64,000 bases of DNA from Deltaproteobacteria bacterium (GTDB taxonomy: Bacteria; Desulfobacterota; Binatia; Binatales; Binataceae), in contig JAKAVC010000025.1 in assembly GCA_021817345.1 (NCBI GenBank), forward strand, positions 4,454 to 68,453, in the 5' to 3' direction. Below, in pieces: positions 46,145-56,217 of the stretch (the first letter of the stretch is position 1; every line of letters starts with the position of its first letter). The notes under the pieces are model-generated. The model saw nothing but the letters and a program-made list of their open reading frames with translations. It was not told the DNA's origin and did no database searches. The position numbers were made by a program, and so were the translations under genes.

Positions 46145-46792
46145 ATGGATGAGGACCTCGCAAAAGCCCAGGAGCGCATGATCGTCGAGCAGCTCATGCG
46201 GCGCGGAATTTCCGACCGCGGCGTGCTCGACGCGATGCGTTCGGTGCCGCGCCATCGCTTTGTCCCGCCCGAACTCGTGGAGCATGCTTACGACGACGCG
46301 CCGCTGCCTATCGGCGGGTCGCAGACCATCTCGCAGCCCTACATGGTCGCGCTCATATGCGAGGTCGCCGAACTCGACGGCTTCGAAAAGGTTCTCGAAG
46401 TCGGCACCGGAAGCGGCTACCAGGCCGCGGTTCTCTCGCGCCTTGCCGCGGAGGTTCGCACCGTCGAATGTATCGAGCATCTATGCGACCGCGCGCGCGT
46501 AATCCTGAACGGCGTGGGCGCCCGAAACGTGCAGGTGCGGCTCGGCGACGGATCGTTCGGATGGCCCGAGGAGGCGCCGTTCGACGCAATCGTGGTGACG
46601 GCCGCGATGCCCGGTATCCCGATCGCGCTGCTCGACCAGCTCAAGCCTGACGGCCGGCTGATCGCGCCGATCGGCGAGCAGGAGCTGCAAACTCTCGTCC
46701 GTATCCGGCGTATCAAGGGCCACTGGCAGGAAGAATATTTCGGCGAATGCCGGTTCGTCAGGATGACGGGCAAGTACGGATTCACGGACTGA
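46145..46792 (+). CDS. pcm: protein-L-isoaspartate O-methyltransferase
   Basis: VLEVGTGSGYQAAVLS SAM-binding motif and QTISQPYMVA; 215 aa. Confidence 0.8.
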   Translation: MDEDLAKAQERMIVEQLMRRGISDRGVLDAMRSVPRHRFVPPELVEHAYDDAPLPIGGSQTISQPYMVALICEVAELDGFEKVLEVGTGSGYQAAVLSRLAAEVRTVECIEHLCDRARVILNGVGARNVQVRLGDGSFGWPEEAPFDAIVVTAAMPGIPIALLDQLKPDGRLIAPIGEQELQTLVRIRRIKGHWQEEYFGECRFVRMTGKYGFTD

Positions 46793-46902
46793 GCGCCCTT
46801 CGGGAAAGGGCGCCGCGGCGCGGTTGCGGCGGCGATGGTCTGGCGGTGGTGGAGGAGGAAACGAGGACAAGGAAAGCCTGCGGCGTAGCGCTTGCGCTTC
46901 TC

Positions 46903-47604
46903 ATGTTCGGCGCGCTCCTTGCCGGATGCTCTTCGAGAAACGCGCCGAGCACGCCCCCGCCGGCCGTTTCGGCCCGGGCCGGTTCCTACACGGTCCGACG
47001 CGGCGACACGCTCTACGGAATCGCGAGGCGTTTCCATATAAGCGTGTACAGCCTGATGGCGGCCAACGGAATCGGCAGCGCGCGCGATCTGCGAGCCGGG
47101 CGAGTGCTCGTGATTCCGAGCGCAACCACGCGGATCCCATACGCATCCAACCTGCAAATCCCCGCGCACTCGCATGACCCGCTGGCGCCGCATTTCATGT
47201 GGCCCGTGGCGCACGGGGTCGTCTCGTCCGGCTTCGGAATACGCAACGGCACGATGCATGACGGAGTGGATATCGCGGCACCGGTCGGAACTCCGGTGCG
47301 CGCGGCCGCCGGCGGCGTGGTGATTTTCGCCGGATGGCTGCACGGTTACGGCCGGGTGGTTATCGTGCGCCACAACCCGTATTACGTGACCGTTTACGGG
47401 CACGACCATATCAATTATGTGCATAAGGGCGAGCGCCTCAGGCGCGGGCAGATAATCGGCGAAATCGGACGCAGCGGCAGGGTAACGGGACCGAACCTGC
47501 ATTTCGAGATTCGCCGCGACAATATCGCGCGCAACCCGCTCGCATACCTGCCCGAACCCGCCACTTCCGACGGGATAAGCTTTGCCAGCAATGCCGCGCC
47601 CTAG
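46903..47604 (+). CDS. LysM plus M23 peptidase lipoprotein (NlpD-like)
   Basis: LLAGC lipobox, a LysM segment YTVRRGDTLYGIARRF, and M23 HDGVDIAA...GHDH motifs. The start is approximate and a GTG upstream is possible. Classic pcm-nlpD gene pairing. Confidence 0.65.
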   Translation: MFGALLAGCSSRNAPSTPPPAVSARAGSYTVRRGDTLYGIARRFHISVYSLMAANGIGSARDLRAGRVLVIPSATTRIPYASNLQIPAHSHDPLAPHFMWPVAHGVVSSGFGIRNGTMHDGVDIAAPVGTPVRAAAGGVVIFAGWLHGYGRVVIVRHNPYYVTVYGHDHINYVHKGERLRRGQIIGEIGRSGRVTGPNLHFEIRRDNIARNPLAYLPEPATSDGISFASNAAP

Positions 47605-47715
47605 TATCTTGGGTGATTCCGACCGCGCCCCTGAACCGGGTTAGCGCGGCGATTCCCGCGGCTTCGGCGGCTCGCCCGGAAAAGCCGGCCGCATCATGAT
47701 TATTGAAAGAACCCG

Positions 47716-48237
47716 ATGACGCCTGACGAACTGAAAAAGCTTATTCGCAACATCCCGGATTTTCCCCAGCCGGGAATCATGTTTCGTGACATCACGCCGC
47801 TTATCGGCAGCGCGCGTGGCTTGGCCGCGGTCGTGGACCAGATGGCCGAACCCTATCTCGGAGCGGTCGACGTGGTGCTCGGTATCGAGTCGCGCGGATT
47901 CATCGTCGGCGCCCCGGTCGCCTACCGGCTCGGGGTCGGCCTTGCGATCGCGCGCAAACCGGGCAAGCTGCCCTATCAAACGATCGAGGAGGGCTACGAG
48001 CTCGAGTACGGCCGCGCGGAACTCCAGATGCATCAGGACGGAATCGCCCCGCAGGCGCGCGTGCTGCTCGTTGATGATCTGCTCGCGACCGGAGGCACCG
48101 CGGAGGCGGCGGTTCGCCTGGTCAGAAGGCTCGGCGGCCAGGTCGTGGGATGCGCCTTCGTGGTCGAGCTTTCCGCGCTGGGCGGCCGCGCCCGGCTCGC
48201 CGGAGTGAACGTTACCTCGCTGGTTCAATATGATTGA
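47716..48237 (+). CDS. apt: adenine phosphoribosyltransferase
   Basis: VLLVDDLLATGGTAEAA PRPP-binding motif and FPQPGIMFRDITPL. Confidence 0.85.
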   Translation: MTPDELKKLIRNIPDFPQPGIMFRDITPLIGSARGLAAVVDQMAEPYLGAVDVVLGIESRGFIVGAPVAYRLGVGLAIARKPGKLPYQTIEEGYELEYGRAELQMHQDGIAPQARVLLVDDLLATGGTAEAAVRLVRRLGGQVVGCAFVVELSALGGRARLAGVNVTSLVQYD

Positions 48238-48321
48238 TGGTGCTCGGCCGGGCGCCCGAATCGCGCGGACCCCGCGTTCGACGCGCCGGCCGGCGTGGAG
48301 CCCGTCTGACGGGAAGGGTGC

Positions 48322-49227
48322 ATGCGCGCTGCCAATGACAGAAACCGCATCGTTGCCTCGGAGCGCCGGCGGCTGCTGGCGGTCCTGGCCGTAACCACGG
48401 CCTACTGCGCGACCGAGTTCATAGGCGGCTACTTCACCAACAGCCTCGCGCTTGTTTCCGACGCGGTCCATCTGCTGACCGACATGGCCGCGCTCGGACT
48501 GAGCCTGCTCGCGCTGTGGATCTCGATGCGCCCGGCGACGCCGGGAAAGACCTACGGCTATCTGCGCGCGGAGATACTGGGCGCGCTGCTCAACGGGCTT
48601 TTCCTGTGGGTCCTGGTGGTCTTCATCTGGATCGAAGCCGTGCGCCGGCTGCGCACGCCCGAACATATCGACGCGCTTCCCGTGATGGCGATCGCCGCGG
48701 GCGGAATCGTGGTAAACGCATTCTCCGCGTGGATGACACATCAGGCGGCCGAAGCGGGCGCGCGCGGGATGGCGGTGCGCGCGGTGTTCGTTCACGTGCT
48801 CTCCGATCTCCTCGGTTCGACGGGGGTTCTCGTCGGCGCGGCGATAATCCAGTTCACCGGATGGTGGGAGGCCGACCCGATCGTCAGTATCGGAATCGGA
48901 TGCCTGGTGCTCTACGGCTCGTGGGGACTGGTCCGCGAGGGAGTGGACATCCTGATGGAATCCGTTCCGTCGGCAATCGACCTCGACCAGCTAAGAAGCG
49001 ACCTGCTCGCGGTTGACGGCACCGAGGAAGTGCACGATCTTCACGTATGGTGCCTGACCAGCCGCGAGTTCGCTCTTTCGGCTCACGCGGTGGTTGCGGC
49101 CGAGGTCGACCAGGATCGGGTGCTTTCGGATATGTATCGGCTGCTCGAGCACAAGTTCAAGATCCGGCACATGACCGTCCAGCTCGAACGCGACAGCCGC
49201 CGCGACCACGAGCCCGAGCATTTCTGA
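48322..49227 (+). CDS. cation diffusion facilitator (CDF) family metal efflux transporter
   Basis: Six TM helices, SDAVHLLTD and HVLSDLLGS metal-site motifs, and a C-terminal dimerisation domain. Confidence 0.8.
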   Translation: MRAANDRNRIVASERRRLLAVLAVTTAYCATEFIGGYFTNSLALVSDAVHLLTDMAALGLSLLALWISMRPATPGKTYGYLRAEILGALLNGLFLWVLVVFIWIEAVRRLRTPEHIDALPVMAIAAGGIVVNAFSAWMTHQAAEAGARGMAVRAVFVHVLSDLLGSTGVLVGAAIIQFTGWWEADPIVSIGIGCLVLYGSWGLVREGVDILMESVPSAIDLDQLRSDLLAVDGTEEVHDLHVWCLTSREFALSAHAVVAAEVDQDRVLSDMYRLLEHKFKIRHMTVQLERDSRRDHEPEHF

Positions 49228-49296
49228 ATTCATCCTCGCAGGCGCGGACGACTTGCGCGCGCGCCGAAAATCCCGCGCGCCGGGGGGTCAGGCGTA

Positions 49297-49728
49297 ATGA
49301 ACCAGCGCAACGACCGTAAACTCTTCCGCGAGTTCGAGCATACCGGCGACCTCGGAATCGAGCTCGAAGCTCCGACCCGCCTCGAATTGTTCGCCAACGC
49401 CGCGCTCGCGCTTGCGCATCTGATGGTCGCGGCGGAGGGAATTTCCCCGCGCGAGAGCCGCCTCGTCGAGACTTCCGCCGAAAGCGATGAAGACCTGATG
49501 CATGACATGCTCGCCGCCGCTCTCAATGTCTTCCTTGCCGACGGCTTCATCTGGTGCGAAGCCCGCGCCGAGGAGCGTCCCGGCGGCGTCGCGGTTACGC
49601 TTCGCGGCGAGCGCTTCGACCCGCACCGCCATCAGTTGCTCACCGAAATCAAGGCCGTCACCTATCACCAGCTCCGGGTCGAGCGCGGCCGCGGCCTGTG
49701 GCGCGCGCGGATCGTTTTCGACGTGTGA
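49297..49728 (+). CDS. archease
   Basis: FREFEHTGDLGIELEA N-terminal hallmark of the archease family (HTAD[I/L]G); 143 aa. Confidence 0.65.
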   Translation: MNQRNDRKLFREFEHTGDLGIELEAPTRLELFANAALALAHLMVAAEGISPRESRLVETSAESDEDLMHDMLAAALNVFLADGFIWCEARAEERPGGVAVTLRGERFDPHRHQLLTEIKAVTYHQLRVERGRGLWRARIVFDV

Positions 49729-49785
49729 GGAACGGCGCGAAGGCGTTTGCAAGGCAAGCGCATGCGGCGCGGACTCGCCGGCGTC

Positions 49786-50442
49786 TCAGAGATTGCGGCG
49801 GATGGCGGCGAGCAGGGAGCGGGTCGCCTCGGCGGGCGAATCGGCGCCGAATACCGCGCCGATAACCGCAACTCCTGCCGCCCCCGAGCCGCGAAGTTCC
49901 CCGATCCGTTCGGCCGTGACACCGCCGAGTGCGAAAACCGGAAGGTTCGTCGCGCGGCACGCCTCGGCAAGGCCCTTTGGCCCCAATGGAGCCCCGTAAC
50001 CGGTCTTGGAGAGCGGAGCGTAGACTGGGCCGTACACCGCGAAGTCCGCGCCCTCGCGCTCGGCGCGCTCGAGGTCCAAGACCCGATGGGCCGAAACGCC
50101 GACGAGACGCTCGGGACCAAGCAGACGGCGCGCCTCGGCGGGCGAAAACGAGTCGGCGCGAAGATGTACGCCGTCGGCCTCGCACGCAAGCGCTACGTCC
50201 ACCCGATCGTTTACCGTGAGAAGCGCGCCGAATCGCCTGCATAGCGCGCGGACTTCGCGGCCAAGCGCGCAAAGCTCGCCTCCCGTCAGCTCCTTCTCGC
50301 GAAGCTGCACCGCAACGCCGATCTCCGGCGCCGCCTCGCGCGCCGCGGCGAGCGCCTCCGCCAGTGCCCGGGTGATATCGCCACCGCGGACCAGCTTGCG
50401 ATCGGTTATGAGATAGAGCGAGAAACGCCCTGCGCGCGCCAT
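49786..50442 (-). CDS. thiE: thiamine-phosphate synthase
   Basis: LYLITD...VQLREK...GADFAVYGPVYAP...FALGGV pattern; 218 aa. Confidence 0.8.
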   Translation of the reverse strand: MARAGRFSLYLITDRKLVRGGDITRALAEALAAAREAAPEIGVAVQLREKELTGGELCALGREVRALCRRFGALLTVNDRVDVALACEADGVHLRADSFSPAEARRLLGPERLVGVSAHRVLDLERAEREGADFAVYGPVYAPLSKTGYGAPLGPKGLAEACRATNLPVFALGGVTAERIGELRGSGAAGVAVIGAVFGADSPAEATRSLLAAIRRNL

Positions 50443-50461
50443 CGAATCGACCGGCGCGCGC

Positions 50462-51238
50462 TCAGCCGATAAGGCCGGTCAGCGGACTCGACGCGCTGGC
50501 GTAGAGCTTGCGCTCGATTCGTCCGGCCAGGTAGGCGAGACGGCCGGCTTCGATCGCAAGGCGCATCGCGCGCGCCATCGCGATCGGGTCTTTCGCGCCC
50601 GCGATCGCGCTGTTCATCAGCACGCCGTCGCACCCGAGTTCCATCGCGACCGCCGCGTCCGAGGCCGTGCCGACTCCGGCATCTACGATAACCGGGACCT
50701 TGGCCTGTTCGACTATGATCCGGATGTTGTACGGATTGCGGATTCCGAGGCCCGAGCCGATCGGCGCCGCGAGCGGCATCACGGCGGCGCATCCGATCTC
50801 CTCGAGCCTTTTGCACGCGATCGGATCGTCGGTGACGTAGGGCAGCACCGTGAAGCCCTCTTTCACAAGTATTTTCGCGGCTTCTATCGTGGCGGGAACG
50901 TCGGGAAACAGCGTCTTCTGGTCGCCGATTATCTCCAGCTTGACCATCGCGCCGACGCCGACCTCGCGCGCCAGCCTGCAGGTGCGAATCGCCTCCTCGG
51001 CCGTGTAGCATCCGGCGGTGTTCGGCAAGATCTGGAACTTTGCGGGATCGAGGAAGTCGAGCAGGTTTTCCTTGCCGCGGTCAGTAATATTGACGCGCCT
51101 TACCGCGACCGTGACGATCTCGGCGCCGCTTTCCTCGACCGCGCGGCGGGTCTCGGCGAAATCCCTGTACTTGCCGGTGCCGACGATAAGCCGCGACTTG
51201 AAGCTCCGCTCGCCAATCCTGAAAGGAGTATCCTGCAT
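50462..51238 (-). CDS. thiG: thiazole synthase
   Basis: LIVGTGKY...VTVAVRR...LPNTAGC...[12 protein letters not shown] conserved ThiG pattern; 258 aa. Confidence 0.85.
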   Translation of the reverse strand: MQDTPFRIGERSFKSRLIVGTGKYRDFAETRRAVEESGAEIVTVAVRRVNITDRGKENLLDFLDPAKFQILPNTAGCYTAEEAIRTCRLAREVGVGAMVKLEIIGDQKTLFPDVPATIEAAKILVKEGFTVLPYVTDDPIACKRLEEIGCAAVMPLAAPIGSGLGIRNPYNIRIIVEQAKVPVIVDAGVGTASDAAVAMELGCDGVLMNSAIAGAKDPIAMARAMRLAIEAGRLAYLAGRIERKLYASASSPLTGLIG

Positions 51239-51267
51239 TTTTGTAAGGAGCCGGGCGCGCGCCCGGT

Positions 51268-51489
51268 TCAGCCTCCTCCGACGAAATTGATTATTTCGAG
51301 ACGGTCGCCGTCGCGCAGCACAACGCTGTCGTGCTCGGCCTTGGGCACCACCTCGCCGTTAAGCTCGACCGCGATTCTACCGCGCTTCATGTTGAGCTTC
51401 TCGATAAGCGCGGCAAGACGCGGATCGCCCTCGATACGGCACGGCTCGCCATTCAGTTGCACGGTGATGGAGGAAGAAACCTGGGACAT
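51268..51489 (-). CDS. thiS: sulfur-carrier protein ThiS
   Basis: Ends in the GG motif (INFVGGG) and has a ubiquitin-like size. Start taken at MSQVSS. Confidence 0.7.
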   Translation of the reverse strand: MSQVSSSITVQLNGEPCRIEGDPRLAALIEKLNMKRGRIAVELNGEVVPKAEHDSVVLRDGDRLEIINFVGGG

Positions 51490-51503
51490 TTTCGAGGGCA
51501 TCC

Positions 51504-51538
51504 AAAAAAGCCGCTTCCCGGCGCCTGGGAAGCGGCTT
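51504..51538 (-). terminator. riboswitch expression-platform terminator upstream of thiS
   Basis: Minus-strand GCCGCUUCCC-aggcgcc-GGGAAGCGGC plus U6, lying between the TPP aptamer and the thiS start. Confidence 0.55.
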
Positions 51539-51579
51539 CAGGCGCGGCCGCGATCGCCGCGCCATCGCCCGGATATGCA

Positions 51580-51665
51580 CGGCTTCCCTACGCCGGTATA
51601 ACCCGGATCAGGTTCGAGGGGTCTCTCCAAACCGGAGATCTCAGCGCCTGCCGACGCACCCCCAG
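51580..51665 (-). promoter_or_regulatory. TPP (THI-box) riboswitch aptamer
   Basis: Minus-strand GGGGUGCG...CUGAGA...ACCC...AACCUGAUCCGGGUUAUACCGGCGUAGGGAA matches the THI element consensus (CUGAGA box and the ACCUGAUC.GG.UAAUACC.GCGUAGGGA pyrimidine-sensing helix). Confidence 0.75.
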
Positions 51666-52170
51666 CCAACCAATCAAATCTATACCACCGCGATTGGCGC
51701 ATAGTCAAAAAATCTTTCACCCGCGGATTCGCCCGCTCGTGCGGGTCGCCGCAAGCCGGTGCTGTCGCAAGTCCCGACAAAATCCGCGGAGTCTCCGAAA
51801 CTCACGCGGGCGCCGATGATAGACCGCAGCGCACGGCGCCGCCAAGATGGAGGAAAGGAAAATGGATATCGACGAGAAAGCTAAAGCGCAAGCCTCGCAA
51901 ACCCTGGCGCAAGCGCGCGCAAGGACCAGCGTCAAGGCGCTGCGGGCCTGCATGTCGGAGCAACATTGACTGCACTTCAGGTCAATGGTTATCTGAACCC
52001 GCTCCTCGACGGGCGTTATTTCCACCGGGGCGGATTGCACCTCGCGCATCTGCCGGAGTCACCGTCCCCGTGGGACTCGCGTCCGGGCCTTCGTCAATGG
52101 CTCGGACGCTTTCGCTTGGAGATAATGTCCGTGGCGCCTTGCGGAAGAACCCTGGGATTCGGAAACGCGC

Positions 52171-53301
52171 GTGACAGGCTCTGAAATCGAACGCCCAACG
52201 GTCGCCGAGATCGATCTCGGCGCGCTCAGGCACAACTATCACGCGCTGCGCGCGCTCGCGGGCGCGGCTCGGATGATGGCGATCGTCAAGGCGGACGCCT
52301 ACGGGCACGGCGCGGTCGCGGTCGCGCGAACGCTCGCCCAGGAAGGATGCGCTTATTTCGGCGTCGCGACCATCGGCGAGGCGCGCGAGCTTCGCTCGGC
52401 CGGGCTTCGCGCGCGCCTTTTCCTGCTCGGCGGATTCTTTGCCGAGCAGGCTGCCGAGATCGTCGCGCTCGACCTCACGCCTTTCGTCTTCGACGCGGCG
52501 CTGATTGCTCCCATGGAGGCGGCGGCGAAGGCCGCCGGACGGCGCGACTTCGCCATCCACCTGAAAATCGACACCGGCGCGACGCGGCTCGGCGTGATGC
52601 AATCGGAACTCGCAACCGTCGTGCGCCATCTGCGCCAGGCGCCGTCGCTGAGCCTCGAAGGCGCCTGTACGCTGCTCGCCAATGCGGGCGATCCGGCAAG
52701 CCCAATCACCGAGGCGCAACTGAAAGTCTTCGACGGGGCGCTTAAGGCGTTACGCGCGGCCGGATTCGATCCTCCGATAGCCCATGTCTCCAATTCGGCC
52801 GCGCTCGTGCTTCGCGAGGACTGCCGCTACAACATGGTCCGGCCGGGGCTCGCGCTCTACGGATTGCCGCCGGTAGCCGCGGTGCGCGAGAAGATCACGC
52901 TCGTTCCGGTGATGACCTTCAAGACCCGCGTGATGCAGACCAAGCGCGTGCCGGCCGGCTCGGGCGTCAGCTATGGCCATACTTTTATAACCCCGCGCGA
53001 GAGCCTGATCGGAATTCTGCCGGTCGGCTACGCCGACGGATACCGGCGCGGGCTTCAGCACGGCGGCGAAGTGCTGGTGCGCGGCTATCGCGCTCCGGTG
53101 GTCGGCGCGGTCTGCATGGACCTCACGATGGTCGATCTGACGGATGTGCCCGGCGCGGCGGTCGGCGACGAAGTGATACTCTGGGGACGCAGCGGCGACG
53201 AAACCATCAGCGTCAACGACGTGGCCCGAATCGCGCAAACCATCTCGTACGAGATGCTCTGCACGGTGGGACGGCGCGTGCCGCGAATCGCAAGGAGCTG
53301 A
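52171..53301 (+). CDS. alr: alanine racemase
   Basis: AIVKADAYGHG PLP-lysine motif and C-terminal MDLTMVD; 376 aa; GTG start. Confidence 0.8.
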   Translation: MTGSEIERPTVAEIDLGALRHNYHALRALAGAARMMAIVKADAYGHGAVAVARTLAQEGCAYFGVATIGEARELRSAGLRARLFLLGGFFAEQAAEIVALDLTPFVFDAALIAPMEAAAKAAGRRDFAIHLKIDTGATRLGVMQSELATVVRHLRQAPSLSLEGACTLLANAGDPASPITEAQLKVFDGALKALRAAGFDPPIAHVSNSAALVLREDCRYNMVRPGLALYGLPPVAAVREKITLVPVMTFKTRVMQTKRVPAGSGVSYGHTFITPRESLIGILPVGYADGYRRGLQHGGEVLVRGYRAPVVGAVCMDLTMVDLTDVPGAAVGDEVILWGRSGDETISVNDVARIAQTISYEMLCTVGRRVPRIARS

Positions 53302-53306
53302 ATTCG

Positions 53307-54872
53307 ATGAATACGGACAAGGTCATGATACGGCGGGCACTGCTCGGCGTCTCGGACAAAAATGGCCTGGCGGAGTTTGCCCGCGTGCTCGAACGCCACG
53401 GGGTCGAGATCCTTTCCACCGGCGGCACCAAGGCCGCGCTCGAGAAGGCCGGCGTGCGGGTCAAGGCGGTCGAGGATTTCACCGGGTTTCCCGAGATGCT
53501 CGACGGCCGGGTAAAGACCCTCCATCCGAAGATTCACGGCGCAATCCTCGCCCGGCGCGCCGAACCGTCGCATCAGCGCCAGATGAAGGAGCACGGAATC
53601 GAGCCGATCGACCTGGTGGTCGTCAACTTTTACCCGTTCGAGCAGACCGTCTCGAACCCGGACGTCGCGCTCGACGACGCAATCGAGAATATCGACATCG
53701 GGGGGCCAACGCTGGTTCGCGCTGCCGCCAAGAACTACGCGGACGTGGCGGTCGTCGTCGATCCGGCCGACTATTCGCCGCTGGCCGAGGAACTCGACTC
53801 CAACCGCGGCGCGATAAGCGCGGATACGCGATGGCGTCTGGCGCGAAAGGCGTTCGCCCGCGTAACCGCCTACGACTGCGCGATTTCGAACTATCTCGGC
53901 GCGAAGGCCGAGGGTGAATCGGCGCCGCTCGGCGAAACCTTCAGCCTTTCGTTCCCGCGCGAGCAGAAGCTGCGCTACGGCGAGAATCCGCATCAGCAGG
54001 CCGCCCTCTATGGCGACTTTCTCGATATCGCCGAACAGCTCCACGGCCGCGAGCTGTCCTTCAACAACGTCGTCGATATCAGCTCGGCGATTAACCTTAT
54101 CGTGGAATTCCAGCGCGAGCCGCGCGCCGTCGTCGCGATCCTAAAGCACAACACCCCGTGCGGGGTTGGCGTCGCCGATACGCTCAAGGGCGCGTGGGAC
54201 AAGGCGTTCGCGACCGATCCCGACTCGCCTTTCGGCGGAATCATAATCGCCAACCGCCCCTGGGACCTCGAATTCGCCCGCACGGTTGACGAACTTTTCA
54301 CCGAGGTCCTGATAGGCCTCGACTACCCGCCCGAGGTTCTCGAATTCCTGCGCAAGAAAAAGAACCGGCGCGTGATGCGGTTCCACCCGGAGGCGATCCG
54401 GCGTGAGGAGGTCGATTTGAAGCGCGTGCTCGGCGGAATTCTCGTCCAGACGCCCGACCTCGCGATCGAAGACCCGCGCGAGGCCAAAGTGGTGACCAGG
54501 TGCAGGCCGACCGAGGCGGAACTCAGGGCGATGGCGTTCGGCATCAAGGTCTGCAAACATATCAAGTCCAACGCGATCGCATTCGTCGCCGAGGATCGCA
54601 CGCTCGCGGTCGGCGGCGGTGCGACTTCGCGTATCGACCCTGTGTACGCGGCGCGGGAAAAGGCCGCACGGCTTAAGGTTCCTTTGCACGGCTCGGTCCT
54701 GGTTTCAGAGGCGTTGTTCCCCTTCCCCGACGGCCCGACACTCGCCGCCGAGGCGGGCGCGACCGCTATCGCCCAGCCCGGTGGCGCGGTGCGCGACGAC
54801 GAGGTTATCGAGGCGGCGGACCGTTTCGGCCTTGCGATGGTTTTCACGGGGGTGCGTCATTTTCGCCATTAA
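53307..54872 (+). CDS. purH: bifunctional AICAR formyltransferase / IMP cyclohydrolase
   Basis: RALLGVSDKNGL MGS-like N-terminal domain, KTLHPKIHGAIL, and the C-terminal AICARFT domain; 521 aa. Confidence 0.9.
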   Translation: MNTDKVMIRRALLGVSDKNGLAEFARVLERHGVEILSTGGTKAALEKAGVRVKAVEDFTGFPEMLDGRVKTLHPKIHGAILARRAEPSHQRQMKEHGIEPIDLVVVNFYPFEQTVSNPDVALDDAIENIDIGGPTLVRAAAKNYADVAVVVDPADYSPLAEELDSNRGAISADTRWRLARKAFARVTAYDCAISNYLGAKAEGESAPLGETFSLSFPREQKLRYGENPHQQAALYGDFLDIAEQLHGRELSFNNVVDISSAINLIVEFQREPRAVVAILKHNTPCGVGVADTLKGAWDKAFATDPDSPFGGIIIANRPWDLEFARTVDELFTEVLIGLDYPPEVLEFLRKKKNRRVMRFHPEAIRREEVDLKRVLGGILVQTPDLAIEDPREAKVVTRCRPTEAELRAMAFGIKVCKHIKSNAIAFVAEDRTLAVGGGATSRIDPVYAAREKAARLKVPLHGSVLVSEALFPFPDGPTLAAEAGATAIAQPGGAVRDDEVIEAADRFGLAMVFTGVRHFRH

Positions 54873-54884
54873 GGCGTGTCCTGG

Positions 54885-56210
54885 ATGAAGGTCCTGGTAG
54901 TAGGAAAAGGCGGGCGCGAGCACGCGCTATGCTGGCGGCTCAGCCAGAGCCAGACGGTGCGCGGGCTTTACTGCGCGAGCGGAAATCCCGGCATCGACAG
55001 GCTCGCAAAGCCGGTCGCGCTTTCCCCCGGCGATATCGCGGGCCTGCTCGGCTTCGCGCGCGACAATTCGATCGACCTTACCGTAATCGGCCCCGAGGAC
55101 CCGCTTGCGGCCGGAATCGTTGACGAGTTCGTCCGGGCGGGCCTCCCCATTTTTGGACCCACCGCGGCTGCCGCCCAGCTCGAAACGAGCAAATCATTCG
55201 CCAAGACGGTGATGCGCGAGGCGGGCGTTCCGACCGCGGACTTCGCCGTCTTCGACGACTTCGACGCGGCGCGCCGCTACATCGCGGCGCATCCCGGTCC
55301 GATGGTCGTCAAGGCCGACGGTCTCGCGCTCGGAAAAGGCGTCACCGTTTGCCCGGACAGCGCAACGGCCCTTGACGCGCTTGCCGACGCGATGGAGCGC
55401 CGGCGGTTCGGCGGCGCCGGCGCGCGCGTCGTGCTCGAGCAGGTGCTGCGCGGCGAGGAGCTCTCCTTCTTCGCGCTGTGCGACGGCGAGAACGCGCTCG
55501 CCCTTGGGATGTGCCAGGATCACAAGGCGGCCTTCGACGGCGACCGCGGTCCCAACACGGGCGGGATGGGCGCGTATTCACCGGTGCCGCAATTCGACGC
55601 CGCGCTCGAAGCGCGCGTGCTCGACGAAGTCATCAAGCCGACGCTTCGCGCGATGAAGGCGCGCGGGACGGAGTTCCGCGGCGTGCTCTTCGTCGGCCTG
55701 ATGGTGGACGGAGAGCGAATCAACGTTCTTGAATTCAACGTGCGGTTCGGCGACCCGGAATGTCAGCCGCTGATGATGCGCTTTCAGGGCGATCTGGCCG
55801 AAGCGCTGCTTGTTGCGACCGAAGGCAGGCTCGCTCGAACCCCGATAACCCTTTCGCCAGCAAGCGCCGCAACCGTCGTGCTCGCCTCGGGCGGATACCC
55901 GGGCGAATACCGCAAGGGAATTCCGATCACGGGTCTGGAGCGGATCGAAGGCGCCGAGCCGTCGGAGCTCAAGGTCAAGTGGGCGCTTGATAAAGTGCGC
56001 GTCAAGGTCTTTCACGCGGGCACCGCGCTTCGCGACGGCCAACTGGTTACCGACGGCGGGCGCGTGCTCGCGGTCACCGCGATGGCGCCGACGCTGGAGC
56101 AGACGTTGCAGGCCGCCTACGAGGGCGCCGATCTGATAGAATTCGAGGGCAAGCACATGCGCCGCGATATCGGACGGCGCGCGCTCGATTATCTCGCACG
56201 CAAGCGATGA
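54885..56210 (+). CDS. purD: phosphoribosylamine--glycine ligase
   Basis: MKVLVVGKGGREHAL N-terminus and an ATP-grasp core. Start taken at the ATG 9 nt inside the ORF-track start. Confidence 0.85.
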   Translation: MKVLVVGKGGREHALCWRLSQSQTVRGLYCASGNPGIDRLAKPVALSPGDIAGLLGFARDNSIDLTVIGPEDPLAAGIVDEFVRAGLPIFGPTAAAAQLETSKSFAKTVMREAGVPTADFAVFDDFDAARRYIAAHPGPMVVKADGLALGKGVTVCPDSATALDALADAMERRRFGGAGARVVLEQVLRGEELSFFALCDGENALALGMCQDHKAAFDGDRGPNTGGMGAYSPVPQFDAALEARVLDEVIKPTLRAMKARGTEFRGVLFVGLMVDGERINVLEFNVRFGDPECQPLMMRFQGDLAEALLVATEGRLARTPITLSPASAATVVLASGGYPGEYRKGIPITGLERIEGAEPSELKVKWALDKVRVKVFHAGTALRDGQLVTDGGRVLAVTAMAPTLEQTLQAAYEGADLIEFEGKHMRRDIGRRALDYLARKR

Positions 56211-56217
56211 ATTAGCC

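Noticed and set aside
46417-48795. Long minus-strand ORFs (46417..47502, 47641..48795) opposite pcm, nlpD, apt and the CDF gene
   Set aside because: Antisense to four well-supported housekeeping genes. Low-complexity R/A/G content.
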